Positions 46,800-59,755 of a DNA stretch of 64,000 nt are shown here, in pieces. The notes beneath the pieces are model-generated. The model saw only the letters and a program-made list of their open reading frames with translations, made no database searches and was not told the DNA's origin. The stretch comes from Eledone cirrhosa (lineage: Eukaryota): contig OZ024742.1 of the NCBI GenBank assembly GCA_964016885.1, positions 94,364,001 to 94,428,000 on the forward strand, given 5' to 3'. A program made the translations under genes and the position numbers. Position 1 is the first letter of the stretch; the number at the start of each line of letters is the position of its first letter.

Positions 46800-48730
46800 A
46801 GAAAAAAAGGAATTCAAACTCCTATGGAGGTGTAACTCTTGATGGCTGTTTCTTGGAGGCAATTAGAGGTGAAGCTGTTGGGCAGCGCAAGTGTAACAGG
46901 AGTGGAGCTGTTAACAGCTCAACTCATAGGGTACAGGTGTCCACGGGCCCTCATCATGCAGCTATACCTCAAAATAAACTACAGGTTTATATCTGCAGAA
47001 AAGTAAATATGATGCAATGAAAACGGAGGCAGAAGAAAATAGAGCAAAGAAAATAATAAAATCACAATCAAGTATTGCATTCTTGCAAAAAAAGGGAGGA
47101 GCATGTGGTGTCGGTGAATGGATGCTTCAGCATTGGAAGAGGTTTGAAATGTTTGAAATCAATGTGAACAATCTGATGGGAAAAAAAAGTAGGCAGAGAA
47201 ATTGGGTCACCAAAGTCAAATTAGAGGCCCTGGAAGTTGAAGTTTAAAGAATGAATGTTAATACTGATGGTAACTTAGATGAGAAATGTTATCATTAAAA
47301 AGCCGAGAAGGTCCTAGAAAATCAGACTGCAAAACTCTTGAGGGACTTTACAAAGCAGATAGCTAGAGTTCTTGAAAATACAAGGTCAGACATAACTTTG
47401 TTAGAGAAAGGTATTGAAAGGAGATGTTTGCTTATAGATGTAGCTTGCCCAGGAAACCATTACATCAATGGTAAAGAAACTGAGAAAAATTGTGAAATAT
47501 GCAGAGTCGAGAATAGATGTTGAAAGAATGTGGAATATGAAAGCAAGTGTGGTACCAATTGAACAAATTAATAATAATAATATTGATTTCTACTATAGGC
47601 ACAAGACCAGCAATTTTGGGGATGGAAAAGTTGATTAAATAATCAACAGTGCATTACTGGTATTTTAGTTTATCGACCTCTTAACGATGAAAAGCAAAGC
47701 GAACCTCAGTGGGATTTGAACTCAGAATGTAAACAGCCATAACTCTATGCTACGAAGCAGGGTGTCTGACGCTCTACCGATTCTGCCATTTCACCACACT
47801 GGTGGAGGGTGGTAGAATGGCAGAATTGGTAATAATAATAATAATTGCTTCTACTTTAGGTACAAGGACAGCAATTTGAAGGGGAGGTGAAATTCGATTA
47901 AATTGACCTTAGTGCATTCTGGTACTTTATTTTATCAACCCCATAAGGATTCTAGGCAAAGCCAACCTTTGCAGGATTTGAACTTAGAAGGTAAATAGCA
48001 GTAATTCTATGTCGTATAGAATATTGCCCAATATTCTACAAATATTGCCAATAATAATAATAAGGGGAGATATGAAGAGAGAGATGGAGTGTTTACTTTT
48101 AACCACCCAGGATCAAGCACTAAGCACCAACTCAATAAAGAAGTTACATGGACAAAGCAATAATGACAAATGTAGGTTGCGTAAATCAGTAAATCAAAAG
48201 AGGAGACTGTAACATACATTGTAAGTGACTGTACTTTGCTTGTGCTGAAAGATTACAAGAGACACCATGACAAGGTGTGCTTGGTTACTTTATCAGAAAT
48301 ATGGATTCAAAGTGGGAGAGAAATGGTATTACCATGAACTGGATAGTGTAATTGAGAATAACAAAGCAAAGAGTATGTGGTATCTGATTGTACAAACAGA
48401 CAGAGTTATTGAAGAGTGGAGACCTGACATTGTCGTGATTGAAAAAGAGGAGAGAAAGTGCTGGATAATTGATGTTGCAATCTCTGGGGATCAGAGAATT
48501 GAAAAGAAGGAATGGGAAAAGATGAGGAATTATTCAGAGAAAAGAGTTGAAACAGCTAGGTTATGGATTATGTCAACAAAGGTGATTCATATTGTTATTG
48601 GTGCACTGGGATGAACACTAAATAAATCATAGAAGAAATTGGAATACAACCTAATATTTCCTGTCTGCAAAACTCAGCTCTTCTTGGCTTAGCCCATATC
48701 ATATTGGTGATAAAAAGAATAAGCTAATAA
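46800..48730 (+). mobile_element. R4/Dong-like RLE LINE relics interrupted by SINEs
   Basis: RSDITLLEK..CLLIDVACP (47338-47523). QDQAL, CRL..ETV.YIVS.C zinc-knuckle remnant and RPDIVV..CWIIDVAI..EK (48060-48620). Confidence 0.8.
47580..48030 (-). mobile_element. Two older SINE family 1 copies plus a short inverted head
   Basis: Reverse-complement body at 47580-47800 and 47843-48030, inside AAT repeats. Confidence 0.8.
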
Positions 48731-48896
48731 TAACAATTACAATGCACAGTATATATACTTAAGCCTCACTCATTGCCCAACTGAAACAGAAGCTCTGTAA
48801 TGAAAAGGTTAAATGAAATGGATGAACTATTGACTTTTGTTTTCTCACAAAACGTCTTTCTGCATTCTTTGCAATGTTTCCATTGTTTTTACATTT

Positions 48897-50362
48897 CATA
48901 ACAATGAATATTGTGAAGAATTTAGTGTAAAGGTTGGTGTTCATCAAGGCTCTGTCCTTAGCCCTCTCATATTTATTATTGCCCTTCAGGCTATAACAGA
49001 GGAGTTTAAGACCGGCTGCCCATGGGAACTCCTATATGCAGATGATCTAACTCTCATAGCTGAATCTATAGCTGAACTAGAGGAGAGATTCCAAACATGG
49101 AAGAATGGCCTAGAATCAAAAGGCCTTACAGTTAACTTATCTAAGACTAAAGTTCTAGTTTGGAGAAAGGAAAATAGGGCACAGGTGCCCTCAGGGAAAT
49201 GGCCATGCTCACTGTGTAGGAAAGGAGTAAGCAGAAATTCCATTTTATGTCCCAAATGCAAACTAAAGGTACGTAAAAAATGTAGTGGGATCACAGGTAA
49301 ACTATCTAAGAACGTAGATTTTATATGTCGCCGACGCTCAGGTGCAATAAGTAGCAAGTGCCCACAGGATACTAGCTCCTTCTATTGCCCAGATGGTTCT
49401 ATAGAAATAGTGGGTACTTTCCGTTCCCTGGGTGACAAAATCAGCAGTGGTGGAGGGTGCTCTGAAAGTACAGTAGCCAGAGTCAGAATGGGATGGAAAA
49501 AGTTCAGAGAGCTTATACCGCTGTTGGCCACAAAAGGTTTCTCTCTAAAAATGAAGGGCAGTTTGTATGATGCCTGTATAGGAACAGCAATGCTACATGG
49601 CAGTGAGACATGGGCATTGCGTGCAGAGGACCTGCGCAGACTGGAAAGTAACAAAGCATGCATGCTCCGTTGGATGTGTAATAGTAATATACATGAATGG
49701 CGAAGCATATATGAACTAAGTGAGAAATTAGAAATAAGAGGGATCAGATGCTGTTTACTTGGTATGGTCACGTGATGTGCATGAAAGACGAGAGCTGTAT
49801 AAAAAAGTGCAGGGTAATCAAAATTGATGGTAGTTATGGAGTAGGTAGACCCAGAAAAACCTGGGATGATTTGATAAAATTCCGACCTTACATACTTGCA
49901 CCTCTCTAAGACTGTCACTGGACCGAGATCATTGGCGCTATGCAGTAATACAGAAGACCCGCCTTGCCTATGTACAATGCAGTAGGCACCTCTTAACCAA
50001 ATATACACCCCAATCCACTACCTCTACCCTATCCTACCACTCCCACTAACACCACCCTCTCTCTGTAAAGTTGGTACCACAACATCCAGTCAAAATAAAT
50101 GAGATAATGAGATCGAGATCATGTAGGTGTTACAACAAAAAAACACGCAGTCCAGGTAACACGGTGAAAAGTTCCCAGTTCCACACTGTAAATGTGGTTG
50201 GTGTTAGGAAGGGCATCCATCCGTAGAAAACCACCCAGATAGTCCTATATGAGCGAGACACGGTCACCCAACCAACCTTGCCTCAAGTGGGACATCACCC
50301 GTCTAACCCATTCTAGTGTGGAAGATGGAAGTTTAGTGAAGATGATTATGATTATGATGATG
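48897..50362 (+). mobile_element. 5'-truncated RTE LINE
   Basis: [17 protein letters not shown]-like finger, 3'UTR and GAT tail (ORF 48837-49775). Confidence 0.92.
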
Positions 50363-50389
50363 AATTAAAAACAACTGGATGTGTAATAT

Positions 50390-51150
50390 ATAGGTTATGT
50401 CTGAAATAAACAGGACTCATCATCATCATCATCATCTTCGTTTAATGATGATGATGATGAGTCCTGTTTCTGGGATTGCAAAAAATATTTCAAATCCAAA
50501 CTACAAATTACAATTTCCCCCTTCAAAATAATCCCCTGAAGTCTAATGCACGTTCCCATCCTTCTCTTCCATGGCTTCATGCACTCCTAGAGGATTTTTC
50601 TGGGATTCTCTGCTGCTCCATTGTCATGGCCTTCTTGGTCGCTCTGGCATCTTGTCTCTGGGTAATACTCAAAGATCCATGACTCAACAACTATGATGGC
50701 TCTCCCCTGCAAATCTGGTCTGGAACACTCGAGAATGTCCTAACACACCTTCATGCATCACTTCTTCTAGTCATCGTTCAGCAGATTCAACATCATCTTC
50801 TGCATGTCCAAATCTTCTGTGATTATATTTGAAGCACTTTTGCAGTTCATGTTCAGCTTATTTGCAATCAGTTGAACACTCAGCCAACGATCACCTTGCA
50901 CCACCTACCTCATCTGCTTAACTTTGATCTCAGTCCTGCTCTTTGAGGTCATCTTTCATCCTTTTGTGCCACTTGAAAACTCATGAGCAGAACATCATCT
51001 CATCTACATATAATTGCTGCAGTATTCTGAGTTCTTTTGACAGAGTTTTCCTCAGCTGGACCAGAAACTTCAGGTTGGTTCATTACACTGTGCTCATCAC
51101 TTGACAGCCTAAAATTGAGGAGCTGTTAACAAAAGCACGTGAGAAAGCAT
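50390..51150 (-). mobile_element. Decayed mariner relic related to 32502-33311
   Basis: Reverse complement shows GAAGATTTGGACATGCAGAAG and C-terminal CIRLQG..L.G remnants. TIR-like GGATTGCAAAAAATATTTCAAATCCAAACT. Confidence 0.7.
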
Positions 51151-51989
51151 ACAATGGGTGTTATATACTCTCTGAATATAACATCACATGGTGACACAAT
51201 CTGCTAATCCCTACCCCACTTTCATATGTGCACATTCATTATAATTGATAATTTCTTCTTTCACACAGACAAATGATATCAGATGCTTCTAATCATTGAA
51301 ATTTATTCAAATAAACGTTTATTAGTGTTTTGTTCAACATACATTTAAATGCATGTTGAACATAAAAATAGAGATCCATTCTCAGCACTAAGAGTATGAA
51401 TATTTACATTATTACAAACCTTATGTATAAGCACATTAACTATTTCAAACTCGGTTTTATATTGTAAAATGTATGTGCATTTATTTTCTATTTTTAAAAG
51501 CAATGAAATATCTAATCTCTGCTAAGCATTTGATTAAAACCTTTTATATTTTTAAGTAGTCAAATACAGTAATCAACGTTACTTCCTCCTACATAGGTTG
51601 GGGAATTATGTTCTATTCATATATTAATATTATCCAACAAAATAAAAAATATTAATTTAACTATTTAACTTTACTTCATTTTCTGTTAATATTCTATTAG
51701 TTTAACACAACATCACTCCAGTAATATACAAATAGATAATGTTTGTTATTAATAGTGACTGTTTACTTTCAACTTTCACTGAAGCTACTGGCTTTTCAAA
51801 ACTGTTTTGAAAAGCCAGTTGATAACTCAAAATTTGAAGTAAACCGTCTTGATAACAAATATATTGATTCTATAGATAATATATAAATCATTGTTTCAAT
51901 GTCCTCCAACAGTATAGAACTTTTTAAGCTGATCTGGAAGATTTTCTGGCACAATCTGTAACCATGGAAATGACCCTGGTCCATAATTA

Positions 51990-52590
51990 CTAACTTGATA
52001 AAAATGAGCAGTCTAAATTGTGGAAACCCCCATCCTCCCCCACCCTGAAGAAGGTCAAGGTCATACCATCAGCAGGAAAGTTCATAGCTACCCTTTTCTG
52101 GAATGCATAAGGAGTGTTGTTGGTAGATTATCTCCAAAAGGGTGACACCATCCTTGTATAGAACTATGCTGACCTACTTAAATGTCCGTGCGAGAACATC
52201 ATGAAGAAGAGGCCAGGATTGCTGACAAATGGGGTTTGTTCCATTATAACAATGCTCCTCTCCACACCGTGGTGGTGGCAATGGCAACAATCCATGACTG
52301 TGGGTTTCAACTCATTTTTATCCACCAAACTCATCAGATTTTATACCCTTCAACTTCCACCTGTTCTCAAACATGAAAAAGTATCTGGCCAGACAAACTA
52401 TGCCACAGATGATGACATCATAGATGCTGTGAAAACCTACCTGAAGTTCTACTTCAGGAAGATCCAGACATTTCAGCACCAGTGGAAGAAGTGTGGGGAC
52501 TTAAAGAGAGAATATGTTGAAAAATAAAACAAGAAAGTATTTGTATAAGCTACTGTTTCTTGAAAGCTCAAAATTTGTCAGTCACTCCTC
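51990..52590 (+). mobile_element. Mariner transposase C-half relic
   Basis: KKVKVIPSAGKFIATLFW..GVLLVDYL, HYNNAPLHT, QWKKC...EYVEK. Confidence 0.8.
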
Positions 52591-52669
52591 ATATATATAT
52601 TTCTATTTTTCTTGTCCTTTCATCTTTTTACTGCTAACTCCTCCCACTCCCTCTTGGAGTTCCTCCCCC

Positions 52670-52712
52670 CGCTCTCCTGATGAAGGACTTATATCCGAAA
52701 TGTGGTAAACAA
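52670..52712 (+). ncRNA. Degenerate hammerhead motif in a short non-coding element (~52595-52800)
   Basis: CTGATGA-A-GGA cttata TCC-GAAA-TGTGGTA. Stems I and III degenerate. Confidence 0.45.
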
Positions 52713-52819
52713 AACCTCCTCCCACTCTCACTAAGCGTGAAGTTAATAACACTATGTAGCATTGACTCTTGCGTTTCATTGTTTGTTTGTCCTTTTGAAC
52801 TATATATATATATTTATTA

Positions 52820-52886
52820 TAAGAACAGATTAAAGTTTAAGCAAAGAAGTGCTGCGATTCTTTGCTTAAACTTTAATCTGTTCTTA
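52820..52886. repeat. Perfect hairpin, 29 bp arms and 9 nt loop
   Basis: TAAGAACAGATTAAAGTTTAAGCAAAGAA and its reverse complement. Confidence 0.9.
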
Positions 52887-52995
52887 CAATCAATATTTGC
52901 TCTATGGGTTTATATATATATACATATTACATATATATATATATAATCCTTATTGAGCCCTCTTCGGATTTTAGTCTTCACATTTATTATTACTG

Positions 52996-53044
<49 letters not shown>

Positions 53045-53051
<7 letters not shown>

Positions 53052-53231
53052 GTTCAAGAGTAACCAATCTTAAAGAGAGAGATGGAGATAGGAGAAGAGA
53101 GATTGGTGAATTAGTTAGAAGCCAAAGCGTAAAGGCATGTGCTCAATGTGCAATATGCAGTGGAAGGCAGCTAGGTGGATGGGTTCATGTCTTCCTTGTG
53201 AAATGTATGGTCTTGTTTTGCTTAACTAATG

Positions 53232-53235
<4 letters not shown>
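53045..53235. mobile_element. Short terminal fragment of the Naiad-like PLE
   Basis: Matches 33336-33490 directly, then joins the 37400-37445 terminus. Confidence 0.85.
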
Positions 53236-53262
<27 letters not shown>

Positions 53263-53377
53263 GTGTGTGAAAGTCTGGAACTAGCTGTTGAAACAGCAAG
53301 AGCTAAGCTGTCACAACCTAACTCTTTCAAATTTAGTCACACTCTACTATCCCAAGTATCAAGTACTCTGTTAAATA

Positions 53378-53564
53378 AGTGTTTCTACTTTAGGCACAAG
53401 GCCAGCAATTACCCAGTGCATTACTGGTACTTTATTTTATCGACCCCGTAAGGATGAAAGGCAAAGTCAACCTCGGCGGGATTTGAACTCAGATCATAAA
53501 GGGACGTAACTATGCTGGAAAGCATGGCGTCCGACCCTCTACCGATACTGCCAATCCACCGCCA
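53378..53564 (-). mobile_element. SINE family 1, full-length with TSD ACTCTGTTAAATAA
   Basis: TSD at 53364 and 53565. Confidence 0.92.
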
Positions 53565-53699
53565 ACTCTGTTAAATAATGGTATTACTAGTTTAATACTG
53601 GTTTAATCCTGATTATATATATTCACTTGGATTTATCTCTCTCCCTCTCTCTCTATTTGTGTGTGCATGTGAGAGAGAAGGAGAGAGAGTGTGTATGTA

Positions 53700-54492
53700 T
53701 CATTGTCATCATCATCATCGTTTAACATCTATCTTCCACACTAGTATGGGTTTAGACGGGAATTGTCCTACTTGAGGCAAGATTGGTCAGGTGACATGTC
53801 TTGCTCGTATAGGACTGTCTGGCAGGTTTTCTATGGCTGGATGCCCTTCCTAACACCAACCACGTTTACAGTGTGGACTGTGTTTTTTTGTTGTGACACC
53901 TACACGACCTCATTTATTTTGGACTGGATGTTGTGGTACCAACATAACTTTACAGAGAAAGGGTGGTGTTGTTGGGGGTGGGGGGGATGGGGTATATATT
54001 TGGTTACGAGATACCGACTGACTGTAGGTTTCGCTTTGTACATAGGCAAGGCGGATCTTCTCTAGTACTGCGTAGCGCCAAAGATCTCGGTCTCAGAGAG
54101 GTGCAAGTGTGTAAGGTCGGAATTTATCTAATCGTCCTAGGTCTTTCTGGTCTACCTACTCCGTAACTTCCATCCATTTTGATCGCCCTGCACATTTTTA
54201 TACAACTGTCGTCTTTCATACGCATCACGTGACCATACCAACGTAGTCTTCTCTCACGTAAACAGCATCTGATCCCTCTTATTCCTAATTTCTCACTTAG
54301 TACATTTATGCTTTGCCGTTCGCATATATTACTATTACAAATCCAACGGAGCATGGATGCTTCATTCCTCTCAAGTCTACGCAGATGCTCTGCACTGAAT
54401 GCCTATGTCTCACTGCCATGTAACATTGCTGTTCGTATGCAGGCATCATACAATCTGCCTTTCATTTTTAGAGAGAAACCTTTAGTGGCCAA
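53700..54492 (-). mobile_element. RTE LINE 3' fragment
   Basis: MLRW..ERRLRWYGHVMR, 3'UTR and tail. Confidence 0.9.
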
Positions 54493-55890
54493 TATATAAA
54501 CATATATATATATATATATATTAGAAAGTGAGGTTTTTTTTACAAAATGAAAAATAACCGAGGTGTCCTACACGAGTGAAAGTATAAAGAAAAAAAGATG
54601 AAATCGAAAATGCAACTGGAGTCTTATTTTTTTCAAAATATATGTATTTATTTGGTTCCGCAGTTCTTCTGCTTATCAAAAGTAGAGTTGAGATGGAGGG
54701 TCTGTGGTTTTTTTTCACATCTGGTTGGTCTTTGAATGTTACTTGTTTTATATGGAAAAAAAGTGGCTCGAAACGCCAGGTTTTTAGAGAAGTAATTTAA
54801 TTGGTTGGTCAATAAGTATAATAAATTTCGCGCCAGTTCGCGTTACAAAGTTCTTCAAACAGGAGGGGGGGGGGCTCAGTTTGTTTTTTCATATATGAGT
54901 GTTTGAATTTCTTTTTACTTAAAAAGGGGGCTCACGAAGTCTTTTTTTAATAAAATGTAATTTGATTGGTTATAAATGAAATTATGGCTATCACGTAAAC
55001 AAGTACATTAAAATTTCCCGCCCGTATTTGGGAATTTATTTTGTAGCCTTTTAGAGAATTTTATGACAATAAAAAAAGTGGCTCCCGAAGGCTTTTTTAA
55101 AAAAAAATGCAATTTGATTGGTTATAAATGAAATTATGACTGTCACGTGAATAAGTTCCGTGCCCGTATTTGTGAATTTATTTTGTAGCCTTTTAGAGAA
55201 TTTTATGACAAGCAAAAGAATGGTCAAGAGAAATGGGATGGGAGAATTGTTCTGGTTCAGTGAATATGGCTAGTTCGCTGGGGTGTCAGAGTTCAGATTT
55301 TCTATTGAAAATTTTCTATTGAAAGTAGACATATGTATGTTTATTTGTGTGTTTGTGTGTGTGTGTGTGTGTGTAGGAAAGTGATTCTATTAGTAGAAAT
55401 GGGGGAGGGAATTGTGTGTGTATGGGTGTTATGTGTATGTGGGAGTATGGTTAGCATGTTAAGATGAAGAGAATTATATTTTGTGTGTGTGTGTGTGTGT
55501 GTATGTGTGTGTGTAGGAAAATGATTCCGTTAGTAAGAATATTTTTGAATGAACATATTTTCCTTACTTATTCGTATTTGTTCTGTTGTATTGTCAGCGC
55601 AAACGTATGTTAAGGTTTATTTAGTTCGGGTTTTTATTTTCTAAAGTAGAAGGTGTTATGTGTGTGTGTATGTATCTTTTTGGATGGTTAGCATGTTATG
55701 GTGTTGACATAATGTATATTAAACCATATTTAATGCTGGTCTATATATTTGAATAAACATATTTTCCTTATTTATTCGTATTTGTTCTGTTGTATTGTCA
55801 GCGCATTCGTTGGATAGTCCAGTGAATTTCAACCGGTGAGGTTGTCTTTTTTCCGGGTATGTCAATATTTATTTATAAAACAAATCTGTC

Positions 55891-55952
55891 TTTTATCTGA
55901 TGAAAGCGCATCATACTTTATCTTGGTCACCCTTGAAATATATATAATAAAA
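55891..55952 (+). ncRNA. Minimal type I hammerhead ribozyme
   Basis: TTTTAT-CTGATGA-AAG...CTT-GAAA-TATATA-TA-ATAAAA, with palindromic stem III. Second copy at 59657-59720. Confidence 0.65.
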
Positions 55953-56115
55953 TAATTATGGTTTTATAAATATAGTTTCCATTTGTATATTTAGTTTCCA
56001 TATTGTATATTTATTCCACTAAGCTTTTGAGTGCTTTATATCAGTTATAAACATTTTTAAGCTTGTTGAATCCCAACAAATTAAATAAAACCTCTGCATA
56101 TATATATATATCTAT

Positions 56116-56161
<46 letters not shown>

Positions 56162-56165
<4 letters not shown>

Positions 56166-57789
56166 TCATCATCATCATCATCGTTTAACGTCCATGTTCC
56201 ACGCTTGCATGGGTTTGGACGGGAGTTTACCCACTTGAGGCAAGAGTGGTTGTCTTGCTCGCATAGGACTGCCTGGCGGGTTTTCTACAGCTGGATGCCC
56301 TTCCTAACACCAACCACATTTACAGTGTGGGACTGGGAGGTTTTTACCGTGTTGCCTACACGGCCACATTACAGCGTGGACTGTGTATTTTTTTTGTCCT
56401 GACATCTACACGATCTCATTTGTTTAGGCCTGGATGTTGTAGCACCAACATAACTTTACATTGAAAGGGGCGGTGTGGATGAGGTGGGGGTGGTGGGACG
56501 GGGGTGTATTTTGTTAGAGATGCCTACTGACTGTAGTAGGTTTTACTTTGTATTTAGGTAAGGCGGGTCTGCTCTATTACTGAGTGCCGCCAAAGATCTC
56601 GGTCCAGTGACATTGTCTTGGAGAGGTGTAAGTGTGTGAGGTCGGAGTTTATCAGGTCGTCCCAGGTTTTTCTGGGTCTGCCTACTCCGTGGCTACCGTC
56701 TATCTGTATTGCCCTGCACTTTTTTATACAGCTGTCGTCTTTCATGCGCATTACGTGACCATACCAACGTAGCCTTTTCTCGAGTAAACAACATCTGATC
56801 CCTCTTATTTCTAATTTATCCCTTAGTTCGTTTATGCTTTGCCGTTCGCGTATATTACTATGACACATCCAGCGGAGCATGCAAGCTTCGTTCCTCTCTA
56901 GTCTGCGTATATCCTCTGCACACAATGCCCAGGTCTCACTGCCATGCAACATTGCTGTTCGTATGCAGGCATCATACAGCCTGCCTTTCATTTTTAGGGA
57001 GAACCCTTTAGCGGCTAATGGTGGTATAAGCTCTCTGAACTTTTTCCATCCAGTTCTGACTCTAGCTACTGTACTTTCAGAGCACCCTCCCCCACCGCTG
57101 ATTTTGTCACCCAGGTAACGGAAGCTGTCCACTATTTCTATAGAACCATCTGTGCAATGGAATGAGCTATTATTCTGTGGGCACTTGCTGCTACTTATTG
57201 CGCCAGAGCACTGGCCACATATAAAATCTATGTACTTAGTTAGCTTACCTGTGATCCCACTACATCTTTTATGCACCCATACCTTGCATTTGGGACACAA
57301 AATGGAGTTTCTACCTACTCCTTTCCTACAAACTGAGTATGGCCATTTCCCGGATGTGAACGGTGCCCTATTTTCCTTCCTACAAACTAGAACTTTAGTC
57401 TTAGACAGGTTAATTTTAAGGCCTTTTGATTCTATGCCATGGTTCCATGTTTGGAATTTCTTCTCTAGTTCGGCCATTAATTCAGCTATGAGCGTTAGAT
57501 AATCTGCGTATAGGAGTTCCCATGGGCAGCCGGTCTTGAACTGCACTGTCATAGTCTGAAGAGCAATAATAAATAATAGGGGGCTAAGAACAGAGCCCTG
57601 ATGAACACCAACTTTTACGCTAAACTCTTCACTATATTCGTTGTTAATTCTAACCTTGCTGACTGTTTCTTCATACATGGCTTGTATAGCTCTCACAAGC
57701 CATTCATCAACACCTAGTTTTCTAAGAGCCCACCAGATAATGGAATGGGAAACTCTGTCGAAGGCTTTCTCCAAGTCGACAAAAGCTAA

Positions 57790-57790
<1 letters not shown>
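56162..57790 (-). mobile_element. 5'-truncated RTE LINE
   Basis: ORF 56554-57774 (YADD changed to YADY), 3'UTR and tail, between (TA)n blocks. Confidence 0.93.
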
Positions 57791-57881
<91 letters not shown>

Positions 57882-57899
57882 ATATATATCAATATAGTT

Positions 57900-59525
57900 A
57901 TAACAACCCCCCCACTAGAGAGCACTAACAAGTTTGATTTAGAACGTAGGACGATGGAAAGCATCCAGCAGATAGCTAATTCCATACACCAGAGTATAAC
58001 TGTAACTATCGACTTCCCTTCCAAACACCCTAACAATAGACTACCTGTATTAGCCACAGAACTCTGGATTAACACTATAGACGAGAGAGCCCAAATTCTC
58101 CACTCACACTATGCTAAACCCATGGCCTCCAAATACCTGATACTCAAAAACTCAGCAATGTCCAGTAGTGCTAAGTTTAATATTCTGATCGCAGATTTGG
58201 TACGAGTGATGAAGAATGTGTCCCGCATGTGCAACCCAACAGAAATGGAAAGACACATCCAACACTTCATCAACCGCATGCAGTTCTCTGGCTACAACCA
58301 AAGAGACAGAGTCAGAGTATACGAAGGAGCCATGGAGAAGTATAAGACCCTCATAGAACTGGACATGAAAGGATTTGCCCATTATACAGGAGCAAATCAT
58401 GGAATAGCTTAGATAGGGCTAGACATAAGATAGGGAAAGCCACCTCATGGTACGACAACCAGAGATACCAGAGTGTCATGTTTGTGGACGCTACCCCTGG
58501 AGGGAAATTAGCTAACCAGTGTAGAAAGGCCCTGAGAAAGACCCACTTAAAAATAAAGGTGGTAGAAAAGCCAGGAACCACCATAAAATCCCTGATCAGC
58601 AAAACATACCCTTTTAAGAAAACCCACTGTACCAATAGGAAATGTATCATATGTAAGGTGAACCCCCGGATAAACTGTAAAACTAGAAACGTAGTCTATA
58701 GCATAAGATGTACAGAGGGTACATGCAGAAACATGACAACAACATACATAGGCGAGACAGCTCGTAGCATAGGTGAAAGGATAGACCAACACTGGAGGAA
58801 ACTAAAAGGACGAAAAAACGGGTCAGTACTATACGAACATGCTAGACAACAACATGACGGTAACATAGACAACATAGAAATTAGAATAATATCTAAACAT
58901 AGAAATGACCCAGCAGATAGGCAAATCAGAGAGGCCAGTGAAATAGAAATTAGAAGACCAAGACTGAACAGAAAGAATGAATGGAATAACAACAACACCC
59001 AAACAAACAACACTGACCTAAGAGAAGTATAAATAAGTAAATAAAATAAATAAATAAATAAATAAATAAATACATACACAAGCACAATAACAACAAGCAC
59101 ATAAACACACACTAGTCACCCATCACACAGCAAACAAAACACTATACACACACGCAAACGCATGCGCAAAGAAGACAAAATAAAATAAACAAACAAGCAA
59201 ATCAATAAATAAATATATAGACAGACTGAATAAAAATGGCGTAGACATACAATACAACAGGAGGAAAATAGAGCACCACTGACGATGTTGCAGATGTGCA
59301 ACGAAAGATTTAGGATAAACTATATATATGTGTTTGTGTCTATATTGTATCTGTATTATTTTTGACCGTCGGTCAGTCAATGGCAACATTGAGGACCGAG
59401 TAAGTTAGATTACCGAGATAAAAGACACAGAAGCGAAAAACAGAAACCAACCAAACAGTGAGTGTGTTCTGTTATTAATTCTGGCAATATTACACAAATA
59501 TGACCCTCCCCAAGTATAACAATAT
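57900..59525 (+). mobile_element. 5'-truncated PLE family B (RT thumb, GIY-YIG, pLTR)
   Basis: ORFs 57954-58412 and 58478-59032, separated by a frameshift. Terminus CCCCAAGTATAACAATAT. Confidence 0.9.
59272..59325 (+). ncRNA. Hammerhead-like motif in family B pLTR
   Basis: CTGACGA-T-GTTGCA gatg TGCAAC-GAAA with perfect stem II. Stem I not evident. Confidence 0.5.
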
Positions 59526-59656
59526 AAACATATATATATATATATATGTAGAGGTTATATTTAATTTGTTGGGATACAACAAGCATAATATTTTTATAAC
59601 TGATATAAAGCACTCAGGGTATGTCAATATTTATTTATAAAACTAACCTATATTAT

Positions 59657-59720
59657 ATTTTATCTGATGAAAGCGCACCATAGTTTGCCTTGGTGGCCCT
59701 TGAGATACGTATAATGAAAT
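59657..59720 (+). ncRNA. Hammerhead motif with GAAA changed to GAGA
   Basis: ATTTTAT-CTGATGA-AAGCGCACCA..TGGTGGCCCTT-GAGA-TACGTA-TA-ATGAAAT. Confidence 0.55.
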
Positions 59721-59755
59721 AAATATGGTTTTATAAATATAGTTTCCATTGTTAA

